Below, in pieces: positions 1-8,756 of a stretch of 64,000 bases of DNA. A model generated the notes under the pieces. That model did no database searches, was not told the origin of the DNA, and saw only the letters and a list, made by a program, of their open reading frames with translations. Made by a program: the position numbers and the translations under genes. Numbering within the stretch: the first letter of the stretch is position 1; every line of letters begins with the position of its first letter. This DNA comes from Bdellovibrio sp. (lineage in GTDB: Bacteria > Myxococcota > SpSt-1050), in contig DYEF01000070.1 of the NCBI GenBank assembly GCA_020725805.1, forward strand, positions 11,676-75,675, in the 5' to 3' direction.

Positions 1-186
1 TAAAGTCAGCATATCCATTCGGGCTATCCGATACATCAATATTTTCATACAATCCCACACATTCGTTATTTTTACAGACAAGTGCCTTTGGACAATCCAT
101 ATCATTTTTGCAATACAGCGACGAGCTATGACTACAGGATAATAGTATAGTAACAACTGATATAGAGAAAAAGACATTTACTTTCA
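1..186 (-). CDS. lipoprotein of the Cys-rich/acidic-tether family, 3' end cut by window edge
   Basis: Minus-strand ATG at 184-186. Translation MKVNVFFSISVVTILLSCSHSS... has lipobox LLSC, Cys-rich CKNDMDCPKALVCKNNEC, then acidic ENIDVSDSP, like the 11839..12336 and 1353..3272 products. No clear RBS. Reading frame runs off position 1. Confidence 0.4.
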
Positions 187-340
187 TAGGGCATATTATA
201 AGAGATAGGGTTTTGTATGTCAAGATATCCCCTCTGTTTAAAAACACATCAAGATTTACGAACGAGTAAAAACCTAAAAAAATAGCACTTTATAAGGAAA
301 TCTCGGTCTATCGTTAAATTACAGAATGATAAAAACTGTT

Positions 341-1240
341 CTACAAATCTACTCCCAGAATGAAATAGATTGCATATATATCCTTCCCCTCCTCACCCTC
401 CTCTTTTTCTTCCACCTTATATCCGAATAGAGGAGTCAGTATGAGGTTCACCGGTGGTACAGGTTTATACAGTACCGAAGGACCAAATAATAATTTCTTT
501 TCAGAAAAATCAAATCTCTTTGACTGCTCATCCTCTCCAGTTATTTTTGTCTCCAATCCCACTGACAGATATCCATCTACTAATGAATATGCCAGCCCAC
601 CTGAAATTGCATACTCATTGATAGTCCTGCCACCAAATTCCCTCTCGAATACAAGATTGAGTCCCCAGAAGAGTCTCTCGGATATCTCATCACCCAGAAG
701 GAGTTTTAACTCCCCTTTCTGAGGCTTTGCAGACTGTCTTATCCATTCCAGATATACTGTCGGATTTCCGAATACCTTTCCCCAGTCGAAAAAGGCATAT
801 CTGAGTTCTATGCTCTGGGACAAAATCTCTATAGGTGCATTTGACCCATTCTGAATAGTCTTAAGGTAAAAATCGGACTGAAGCCTGTGACCGAGCCCGA
901 ACTCAATCTCATAAATACCGGTATATTTCGGGTCTGTATTCTCCTCAAGGTTCCCTTCCATCATGAGCCAGTACTCCAGTTCTACCTTGTTTTCAGGAAG
1001 TACATAGACCCTTGTAGTGGGAAATCTTCTCTTTGTTGTCCAGACAGGCTGATTATACGAACCGACTTTCTCAGAATCCTTCATCCTCTTCTGTTCAATT
1101 ATCTTGGTCTCGAAATCTTCTTTGAGTTCACCCTTTTTTTCGTCCTGCTTGAACTGAGGATTCACTGTTCTGTCATCCGCATACCCAATAGCAGAAAGAA
1201 CGAAGAATACAAATACAGTAAACAGAATCAATTTCTTCAT
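341..1240 (-). CDS. outer-membrane beta-barrel protein (hypothetical)
   Basis: ORF track 341..1348. Start placed at MKKLILFTVFVFFVLSAIGYA (signal peptide), preceded by AAGGAGG 6 nt upstream. Alternating hydrophobic beta-strand pattern with aromatic-rich C-terminal region. Confidence 0.65.
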   Translation of the reverse strand: MKKLILFTVFVFFVLSAIGYADDRTVNPQFKQDEKKGELKEDFETKIIEQKRMKDSEKVGSYNQPVWTTKRRFPTTRVYVLPENKVELEYWLMMEGNLEENTDPKYTGIYEIEFGLGHRLQSDFYLKTIQNGSNAPIEILSQSIELRYAFFDWGKVFGNPTVYLEWIRQSAKPQKGELKLLLGDEISERLFWGLNLVFEREFGGRTINEYAISGGLAYSLVDGYLSVGLETKITGEDEQSKRFDFSEKKLLFGPSVLYKPVPPVNLILTPLFGYKVEEKEEGEEGKDIYAIYFILGVDL

Positions 1241-1352
1241 CAAAAACCTCCTTAAGAACAATCTCAATCTAATGACGGCCAAAAAAAAATCAACTAAATT
1301 CGGAATCCACGAGTCCTTTTTAACCTCAGCATATCGATATACGTTCAAGCAG

Positions 1353-3272
1353 TTATTTGACTAATACTTTCTTGGAACCGATTCTTCTCACATTATTATC
1401 TGCATCAACGGCATATACCTCTAAAAGATGAGGGCACTTTGAGAGACTCGATACATTATAACTGCCGGAGAATCCGACCTTATTCGTATTGCATCCGCTG
1501 TATCCGGGCCAGACCTTACAGACATCCGGACGGTCATTGCCATAAGTAAGGGTAACCGTTATGCTCTTATCGATAACCGCATATACGGAAGTAACACCCT
1601 TATTATCCAGCGCCCAGCCACCGATTATCATATTACCTGTCACCTCTGCGTCATTTGCCGGGACATCAAGTGTTCCGAAAGGCCCGAGTTTTTTGTCGAG
1701 CGTTGTAAATTCTGCCCTGATTGTATTATAATTACCCAAAGAGAGATATGCCCTAGCACGCACTGTGCCGCTTGCCGGAATTCCGAAACTGAAGAGTGCC
1801 CTTACATTATTAAACGGAAGTGATCTGAGCTGCCAGCCCTGAAAATCCTGAACCTTATTCTCATAATAAATCCCAACCCCGTAATTGACCGCGTCATTCT
1901 GCATTGCAACCCATCCGCCGCTGCTCTTGAAATTCTTGTAATAAAAACCATCCCCGCCGGCAGGCTGGTCGATCGGTATAACGTTGTTATCAGAATCAAA
2001 GAGTTTATACAGGTCCTGCGTCCCGCCCTTTCCATTGGCAGTATACATCGTAGGCATTTCCTGATACGTCGGTCTGTGCTCGAGATTCGACAGATTAATT
2101 ACTGTATAATCCAGTTCGACTACGTGCTGCGTAATAAATCTCATTCTCTGAATCACCCGCACATCTGATTTCCGGTTCTTCTTGCTGGGGTCGTTGCAAC
2201 CTGAAGAGTCACAGTCAGTTCTGTCCCAGTCGGGATTCCAGAAGAGCGGGATAGTCGAGACTACAAGATATTCCTTATCCATCGCAACAGATTCAACACC
2301 CGAACCTATATTACACCTGTTACCTCCCTGAACCGGGTCCCAGCCCAAGAATGTAATGGAATTCGGACAGCCTGAAGGAACGGTCGCACAACTCGCATTG
2401 TAGGCGCAATTCTGCAAAATCCTGTCGGGGTCATAAAATGCAACCTGTACCTCTCTCCCAGTATCATTTGCATCTATTGTATTGGTCGTATTCATACCCA
2501 CCTTGCCGTCCGAGAGACCGAAGAATATCACCGAACCGCCCCACTCCCTTCTTACCCCGATCTTGGTATAATTTGTCACATTATACAGATAATCGTCGTT
2601 AAAGCCGTTTATCTTGGTAGTCTCATACTTTCCGGCAACAAGACTCTCCGAAGGGATAACCTGCTCAAGCTCTGTAAGCGTAACTTCCTGACACTGATTC
2701 TGGATACAGTCGTTATTGGCACATCCGTTTTCACAGGTCTTGTAAAATCCGTACTCCAGACACCCGTCTTTATTAAAATCTGCACATATCTCGAGGGTCA
2801 GAGAATCCTTACACCTCTTCTGGTCCTTCTGACATTCGCTAACGCATTGTGAAATATCGGTAATATCCTCTGATACTACATCCTGAATGATAGTATCTGA
2901 AATATCAGGTAAATTTACAACATCTGCTATATCGTCAGATATTATATCCCTGATATCGTCAGAAATCTGAAGATCGGTTATTGTATCCGGTATCGATATT
3001 ATATCTTTGCTATCTTCATAAATATCGGTACTGTCGCTTATCATTACATCCACAATATCATCGGAAATCACATCCTGAACAATTATTATATCCTCCGTAT
3101 CGGTGTATTCGGCAATATCCTCTATAGTAACTACATCCTCATAAACTGAGATATCCTTTCTTGTATCGGTAATCTGTTTGAGACTGTTTTCTGAATCCGA
3201 ACAGGAAATAATCAGCAGAAGCAAAAGCAGAAGACTACTTATTTGTACTGTCATATTCATCAAATATCTCAT
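1353..3272 (-). CDS. lipoprotein with acidic D-I/V-S repeat tether, Cys-rich module and unknown C-terminal beta-rich domain
   Basis: Signal peptide plus lipobox LLLIISCSD. About 110 aa of DI/DV/SD low-complexity repeats, then a module with 10+ Cys (CVSECQKDQKRCKD...CENGCANNDCIQNQC). GGAG 6 nt before the ATG at 3272. Confidence 0.7.
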   Translation of the reverse strand: MRYLMNMTVQISSLLLLLLLIISCSDSENSLKQITDTRKDISVYEDVVTIEDIAEYTDTEDIIIVQDVISDDIVDVMISDSTDIYEDSKDIISIPDTITDLQISDDIRDIISDDIADVVNLPDISDTIIQDVVSEDITDISQCVSECQKDQKRCKDSLTLEICADFNKDGCLEYGFYKTCENGCANNDCIQNQCQEVTLTELEQVIPSESLVAGKYETTKINGFNDDYLYNVTNYTKIGVRREWGGSVIFFGLSDGKVGMNTTNTIDANDTGREVQVAFYDPDRILQNCAYNASCATVPSGCPNSITFLGWDPVQGGNRCNIGSGVESVAMDKEYLVVSTIPLFWNPDWDRTDCDSSGCNDPSKKNRKSDVRVIQRMRFITQHVVELDYTVINLSNLEHRPTYQEMPTMYTANGKGGTQDLYKLFDSDNNVIPIDQPAGGDGFYYKNFKSSGGWVAMQNDAVNYGVGIYYENKVQDFQGWQLRSLPFNNVRALFSFGIPASGTVRARAYLSLGNYNTIRAEFTTLDKKLGPFGTLDVPANDAEVTGNMIIGGWALDNKGVTSVYAVIDKSITVTLTYGNDRPDVCKVWPGYSGCNTNKVGFSGSYNVSSLSKCPHLLEVYAVDADNNVRRIGSKKVLVK

Positions 3273-4383
3273 CTGTACTCCTCCATCTGATTTTCTGTTT
3301 TTTTACATAATAATCTACTTCCAAGAGCCATTTTTCGAAGAGAATCTTATCTGGTTCGGTTCCAAAACTCCATATAAAGATAATCACATTTACCTTGTTT
3401 TTATCAAACATAGTCAGTGAATTATCGATAATATCGAGAGACCTCTCTATATCAAAATTGTCAAAGGTACAATTGATAATATTCTTGCCCGGATTCTTAA
3501 ACTCTTCGTCGAGACAGGCAAGCCTTGAGAAAGAGGGCATCAGAACCATAAGTCCCTCAGGGTCGTCAATCCTCCAGTCTGAACCGAGCTTTCCCCTCCA
3601 CGGAAATAATCTCTTGTTAGTCTCGAACGGATACGCCTGCTGGCATTCGAAGGTGGCAAGGCAATTCTTCACAAAATCGGGTTGCTCTTCGAGAGGAAGG
3701 GATTTGAGACAGAAGGCTGTAATCGAAGTAATATACTTAAAACCCACATTAAATGAGGCAGCTACCCAGTCGAGCTGACTGCAGACACCTGATACAGAGA
3801 GCGGTTTTATGGACAATCTCTCCATTTCATCTTTTTTATCTCTTAAGTCCTGAACAAAGTCAGAAAAGGTCATACCGTATTTCGTCCCTGAATCCGCGTG
3901 TATATTTACGCTGTGCCCTCTTGAGATAAGCCTGTTCAGAAAATCACTTCCGTACTTAACCGAAGCACTTACAATCTCCTTTGCTTCAAAAGATATCTTT
4001 GCATTATACTTTTCAAAAAGCCCTGCTATCCCGTCAATCTTTGTTACATAAGTATCAAAAAGAGATTTATTATTGAGTATATCAGAGTTTTCGAGCTGCA
4101 CAATAAGGCTGATATTCAGCATATTTACAGGACCGCTGTCATAGACATCTTCTATATCAGACGATACAATATCATCTATGTACTCCGGAATACCTGCATC
4201 CTGTACATCCTGAATATCCTCTGCTTCAGCAATATCTGATATATCTTCGCTGTCATAAAGCATATTATCATCTGCAGATCTGACGTCCTTTGCAACCTTA
4301 ATATCTGATGCCGGATTATCACTTCCCGAGCAGGAGAGAAGAAATCCAGAAAACAGAAATGCAATCAGATATAATCTCATCAC
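3235..4383 (-). CDS. lipoprotein with acidic D-I repeat tether and unknown C-terminal domain
   Basis: Lipobox FLLSCSGS followed by SEDISDIAEAEDIQDVQDAG acidic repeat. Its 3' end overlaps the start of 1353..3272 by 38 nt, suggesting translational coupling. Confidence 0.7.
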   Translation of the reverse strand: MMRLYLIAFLFSGFLLSCSGSDNPASDIKVAKDVRSADDNMLYDSEDISDIAEAEDIQDVQDAGIPEYIDDIVSSDIEDVYDSGPVNMLNISLIVQLENSDILNNKSLFDTYVTKIDGIAGLFEKYNAKISFEAKEIVSASVKYGSDFLNRLISRGHSVNIHADSGTKYGMTFSDFVQDLRDKKDEMERLSIKPLSVSGVCSQLDWVAASFNVGFKYITSITAFCLKSLPLEEQPDFVKNCLATFECQQAYPFETNKRLFPWRGKLGSDWRIDDPEGLMVLMPSFSRLACLDEEFKNPGKNIINCTFDNFDIERSLDIIDNSLTMFDKNKVNVIIFIWSFGTEPDKILFEKWLLEVDYYVKKQKIRWRSTDEIFDEYDSTNK

Positions 4384-4500
4384 TATCCCCTTTGAACGAA
4401 CATATAATATTCTACATACTCTTTAATATCAAGACAAAATAAACGCTAATGGTAACATTCACATATATTAAAAGACTTTTAAAAGATATTCCATCAAAAC

Positions 4501-4632
4501 TTCAGCCACTTCCCTTCAGCTCTACATCGCTTCGGCACACTCAATTACTCAGCGATCTTGGAAGTACTACCGCCTTCAGATCTATAGCACTATTTGTCTG
4601 TGGACTGTCGACTGTGGACTGTGGACTTTACT
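4501..4632. repeat. dispersed intergenic repeat, copy A, ending in tandem GTGGACT heptamers
   Basis: A ~45-nt core ttcagcc..ccttcagctctacatcgcttcggcacac, then ttactcagcga, gccttcag, tctatagcactat and ctgtggactgtcgactgtggactgtggact. All blocks recur in the same order at 30971..31190. Confidence 0.6.
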
Positions 4633-4722
4633 TATAGTATCTGATTGCTTGAATTGTCAAAATAAAACTGATATTATATTGTTATGAAGTGAGTTTGTAA
4701 TAATTATCAGGAGGCAATCAGG

Positions 4723-5127
4723 ATGAAACGCAGAATATTATTTGTCGCGTTTATTACCGCAATTACTCTCTTCTCCTGTACCGCTACGGATTCAGGCACA
4801 ACAACCGATTCGTCGAACCTTAACGACAGGAATTCCTGCAACAACGACTTTAATGCTATTTCACAGGAAATAAATAAGGCAGCAGCTAAATATAATGACT
4901 GCCAGACGAATGAGGAGTGCAAAATTGCCTATATCGACATTAAATGTCTTTCGACCTGTCCGATGGCAATTAATACAGATAAAATGAAGTACTTCGAGGA
5001 AGAGCTCGAAAAGATCTCAGACAGCTATTGCATCGATGACTGCAAAGCATCTGCCAATTGCGAAATAAGAGAACCCGAATGCCAGAACAATAAATGCGTA
5101 ATGGTGATAAAGAATCCCGGCACATAA
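4723..5127 (+). CDS. small Cys-rich lipoprotein
   Basis: AGGAGG 8 nt upstream. Lipobox ITLFSCTA. 134 aa with 12 Cys in C-x3-C and C-x-C arrangements. Confidence 0.65.
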   Translation: MKRRILFVAFITAITLFSCTATDSGTTTDSSNLNDRNSCNNDFNAISQEINKAAAKYNDCQTNEECKIAYIDIKCLSTCPMAINTDKMKYFEEELEKISDSYCIDDCKASANCEIREPECQNNKCVMVIKNPGT

Positions 5128-5133
5128 CCGAAG

Positions 5134-7278
5134 TTACAGATTTTCATTTATACTTGTAGTCTTGTTCTCTTTTATCTCAACTTTAATCGTTTTCGATTTT
5201 TTCTGCTCCGGATCAAAGAGCGTAATTCTGTATATCCCCTCGTACAAATCCAAATCGGAAAGAGGGGTCTTGCCTAAAAGATTTCCTCCAAGTCTGACTT
5301 CCGCTGGAACATTTGTAGAAATATTTAACAATCCTTTACCAAATTTTACTTTATTTACTGTATTATCTTCGGGATTTACATTGATTTTTAATGGTTTTTC
5401 GAAGCCAAATTCGGAATTCTTCAACAATAAATTATAGGAACCTGCTATCAGCTCATATCTTACAAGCGGGGTTTCACCGATCTTCTTTCCATCCAGATAA
5501 ACCTCCGTCCAGGGGTCTGAATCAATACTGACAAACCCCTTTTTTGGCTCCACTGATTCAGTCTGAACCTTCTCTTCCTGTTTATTATCGGTCTTGTCTT
5601 CTGTCTTTCCTTTCTCCGGTTTCTTTTCTTCTGCCCTTTGTCTTTCCACCACTGCTACTTTCTGTTCCCTTTTCTTCCCTGTCTCTTCCTGTCTACTATT
5701 CTCCTGCGGTTCAGAAGCCGTCTTTTCTTCCGCCACAACTTTGACCAACGTTCCCTCATTCTTTATTTGTTCCTTTTCTTTATCAGTCTTATCTACAGCC
5801 TTCTTTTCCTCTTTCAAAGCAGTTGATACAGATATAACAGACTGAGTCTCTTCCTTTTTGCCCGTTATAAAAACAAAATATAAAATCCCTATCAGTATAA
5901 ATATGCCTATTAAAGTCCCTGCTATTAAGAAATTCTTCCTTTTACTTTTTGGTGTCTCTGTGACTTCTGATTTTGACGCTTCTATCGTCAGATTGTCATC
6001 TCTATCTGAATCTTCTTTACCAGCTACCTTATCCTCTCTGCTCTCATCTTCAACCTCTTTTCTTTGAGGTATTTCTATCTTTATCTCATCCATTACTTCG
6101 GAGAGTGGCTTTATGGCAGAAACAGATAATTTTTCTTCTGATACCTCAGACTTACTTATGTTTAAGTCATTCGCAGTTTCACCTCCATTTAGACCTTCAG
6201 GTGAAGGAGGAGGAAGCACCACAGTCTCGCTCTCACTTACGGGATGTTTTTTCTGGATTGTAATTACCGGAAGACTGTTGCTTGCGCTTTTATGTTCTTT
6301 TATCTCAACAATTTTCTGAAGTCTGGAAGAACTGAGTTTGTCTCTGACCGAGGATATCTCTTTGTCGGGGAATAATTTTTTTAAATAATCACTGAGGTCC
6401 GATATCCTGACATTTACCCTTCTTTTTATAATAAAATCCTCGATGGCATTTCCCATTTCCCGGGTACTCTGAAATCTCTTCTCCCTGTCCCTTTCAAGAG
6501 CCTTCATTACAATAGATTCAACCTCATCTGGGAGATTCTTAAAGTACTTCTTTGGAGACGGAATCTCTTCATTAAGTATGGCATTAATTGATGCAACCTC
6601 GGTATCTCTCTTAAAAAGCCTTCTATAGGTGAGCATTTCCCACAACACCACACCAAGGGAAAAGATATCCGACCGGGAATCAATCTCCATACCCCTTACC
6701 ATTTCGTAGGACATATAGGGAAATTTGCCCTTGAGTGTTCCTGACGTCGTGCTCGTTGAACGCCCCCTTGCGCGGGCAATTCCGAAATCGGTAATCTTCA
6801 CATTTCCGTTAAATGACAAAAGAATATTTTCCGGAGTAATATCCCTGTGAATAAGCCCGAGACTCTGTCCGTTCGGGTCTCTCAATGTATGCGCATAATG
6901 TAGTCCTTCACAGACCTGAGAGATAATTTTCAGAATCCAGCCAAGTCTCAGAAAACTCTTCTGCTCTCTTCCCCGCTTAAGAATGGAAGAGAGGTCGACA
7001 CCGTCCACATACTCCATTGCAATGAAATATGATTCACTTATAACTCCAAGGTCATATATCTGAACAATGTTCGGATGATTGAGTTGTGCCGCCATCCTTG
7101 CCTCATCAAGAAACATATTGACAAATTCCTTATCCGTAGAAAGATGAGGAAGAATTCTCTTGAGGACTATAAGTTTCTGGAATCCCTCAATCCCTGTCTG
7201 TCTGGCAAGAAATATCTCGGCCATACCACCTGTGGCAATTTTCGTTATAATTTCAAATTTCCCGAACTTCTCGCCCAT
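5134..7278 (-). CDS. Hanks-type Ser/Thr protein kinase with one TM helix and C-terminal PEGA-like domains
   Basis: Gly-loop ATGGMAEIF. VAIK-like LIVLKRI. HRDITPENILL catalytic loop and DFGIA. One TM helix (FLIAGTLIGIFILIGILYFVFI). PEGA-like segments PWTEVYLDGKKIGETPL and PAEVRLGGNLLGKTPL. Long Lys/Glu-rich linker. Confidence 0.9.
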   Translation of the reverse strand: MGEKFGKFEIITKIATGGMAEIFLARQTGIEGFQKLIVLKRILPHLSTDKEFVNMFLDEARMAAQLNHPNIVQIYDLGVISESYFIAMEYVDGVDLSSILKRGREQKSFLRLGWILKIISQVCEGLHYAHTLRDPNGQSLGLIHRDITPENILLSFNGNVKITDFGIARARGRSTSTTSGTLKGKFPYMSYEMVRGMEIDSRSDIFSLGVVLWEMLTYRRLFKRDTEVASINAILNEEIPSPKKYFKNLPDEVESIVMKALERDREKRFQSTREMGNAIEDFIIKRRVNVRISDLSDYLKKLFPDKEISSVRDKLSSSRLQKIVEIKEHKSASNSLPVITIQKKHPVSESETVVLPPPSPEGLNGGETANDLNISKSEVSEEKLSVSAIKPLSEVMDEIKIEIPQRKEVEDESREDKVAGKEDSDRDDNLTIEASKSEVTETPKSKRKNFLIAGTLIGIFILIGILYFVFITGKKEETQSVISVSTALKEEKKAVDKTDKEKEQIKNEGTLVKVVAEEKTASEPQENSRQEETGKKREQKVAVVERQRAEEKKPEKGKTEDKTDNKQEEKVQTESVEPKKGFVSIDSDPWTEVYLDGKKIGETPLVRYELIAGSYNLLLKNSEFGFEKPLKINVNPEDNTVNKVKFGKGLLNISTNVPAEVRLGGNLLGKTPLSDLDLYEGIYRITLFDPEQKKSKTIKVEIKENKTTSINENL

Positions 7279-7327
7279 AGAGTCCTCAGGAACAATTATA
7301 ACAGGGGTAGAAAATTAGTCAAAAATA

Positions 7328-8206
7328 TCATTTAGCTTCCTCGTAAGGGTCGAGAGGATTTTTGAAAGGGTCATATTCGGAGAGGTACATTGTATCAATC
7401 CACCTGAGAAGTTTTCTTACTGTACCCATATCATTGTCCTGAGATTTATGGAAACGGGTATATTTCGAGAGTAACTCCCTGCAGCTCTTCCCTCCCGCGC
7501 ACTCCTTATTCATATTCCACTCCTCTGTTACAGGCGAAGGGTCGGTTCCTCCTATGAGTCTGAAAACAGTATATTTGTTCAGTCCGAAATAGAGATGTTT
7601 CACCCTGTGCGGTTTTGTATCACCTATTTTTAATGATTCATCTGCGGCTGCCACAATCCCGGCGGCCGAAAAACGGGATGCAAGCTGATGCTCCGGATGA
7701 CCCGTAAAACCACGGTAAGGGTCGAATGTAATAACAATATCCGGTCTGAACTTTCTTATCGCTTCTGCAACAACTATCACAGGGTCTTTTTCCTCTTTCC
7801 ACTTCTTTGCAATAATATGCCGTGGCGGAAAACTCTCCATAGGAAGCGGTGCATTATAGAAATATTCGTGCTGTAATTCTGCATTATAGGCCTTTGCCAC
7901 CTTTTTGAGTTCTTCACCCCTGACTGTCTTCAGGTCGGGCTGACACCCGCCTTTTATGCAACACTCTCCGCCTTCACCATGTGTAAGCACAAGAAAATAG
8001 AGCGGGTTTTTATAATACAGACTCGAACGTAACAGTATAGCACCGGCCATTGACTCGTCATCCGGATGGGCCGCAATCCACATTACCCTTGCCCCGTTCT
8101 TGAGACGACTCTCTATATCCTCTCTGTTCCCGTCACTTTTTATTGTGGCACAGGAGAGAATAAGTAAAAACAGTAAAGATACTGTCACCGGAAAGATATT
8201 CGGCAT
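7328..8206 (-). CDS. PIG-L/LmbE-family N-acetylglucosaminyl deacetylase, apparently exported lipoprotein
   Basis: AHPDDE motif plus downstream HGEGG and HPEH. Start set at MPNIFPVTVSLLFLLILSCATIKS (lipobox LSC); ORF track starts 19 codons earlier. Confidence 0.75.
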   Translation of the reverse strand: MPNIFPVTVSLLFLLILSCATIKSDGNREDIESRLKNGARVMWIAAHPDDESMAGAILLRSSLYYKNPLYFLVLTHGEGGECCIKGGCQPDLKTVRGEELKKVAKAYNAELQHEYFYNAPLPMESFPPRHIIAKKWKEEKDPVIVVAEAIRKFRPDIVITFDPYRGFTGHPEHQLASRFSAAGIVAAADESLKIGDTKPHRVKHLYFGLNKYTVFRLIGGTDPSPVTEEWNMNKECAGGKSCRELLSKYTRFHKSQDNDMGTVRKLLRWIDTMYLSEYDPFKNPLDPYEEAK

Positions 8207-8266
8207 AACTACCTCAACTGAAAAAACCTGATATTTCAATACAACATTCTGATAAAATTTCAAGAT

Positions 8267-8752
8267 TCATTCATTTATAAGATACTTTTCGAACTCAGAG
8301 ACAAAATATCTCCTGCCCTTCCTAATCACCTCATGTCCTTCATCTTCGAGCAATTTCTTATGTGCTGCAACTCCGCCCGGATACTTAGGATTCAATTCAC
8401 CATTCGACCTGAGCGTCCTCCAGTAAGGGGTCAGTTTACCGGTCCTGCCCTCCGCTCTTTCTTCCTCGGAGGCCCTTGCAGAGATAACGACCGAAATTCC
8501 TGTGACAATCGGACAACAGATATCGGTTTTATGTCTTTTTGAAAGGCTCTCCCTGATAATATTTATTGTAATGAGTTTCTCTTTAGGATCCTTCTTCATT
8601 ATCCCGTCCACTTCCAGCGGAGAGGGGACCAGTAATCTGTCGTCTATTTTCGCCTTCCACCTCTTAGCAAGTCTGGTGCTGAGCTTTACTACCTTGGGAA
8701 GACCTCTGGTCTCATTGAGTTTTTCGGCAAAGGATTTTTCCCTGCATTTCAT
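8267..8752 (-). CDS. MGMT/Atl-family DNA-binding domain protein (alkyltransferase-like), tentative
   Basis: TPYWRTLRSNGELNPKYPGG resembles the PCHRVV...G.L.GY.GG core of the methylguanine-methyltransferase DNA-binding domain. No PCHR catalytic Cys evident. Confidence 0.4.
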   Translation of the reverse strand: MKCREKSFAEKLNETRGLPKVVKLSTRLAKRWKAKIDDRLLVPSPLEVDGIMKKDPKEKLITINIIRESLSKRHKTDICCPIVTGISVVISARASEEERAEGRTGKLTPYWRTLRSNGELNPKYPGGVAAHKKLLEDEGHEVIRKGRRYFVSEFEKYLINE

Positions 8753-8756
8753 AAAA

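Noticed and set aside
4449-4637. 62-aa ORF covering the dispersed repeat copy A
   Set aside because: No RBS. The same DNA recurs non-syntenically upstream of tRNA genes with a 90-nt insertion that would disrupt the frame. Interpreted as non-coding repeat.
4560-4640. Tandem GTGGACT heptamers as a possible CRISPR or minisatellite
   Set aside because: Units are 7 nt with no spacers and only 3-4 copies; no cas genes. Treated as part of the intergenic repeat element instead.
5540-6320. Cluster of small plus-strand ORFs (5544..5744, 5594..5845, 5638..5826, 5858..6067, 5973..6263, 6113..6319)
   Set aside because: They are antisense to the Lys/Glu-rich linker of the kinase gene. Their low-complexity Leu/Ser/Phe-rich translations mirror the reverse complement of the GAA/AAG repeats.
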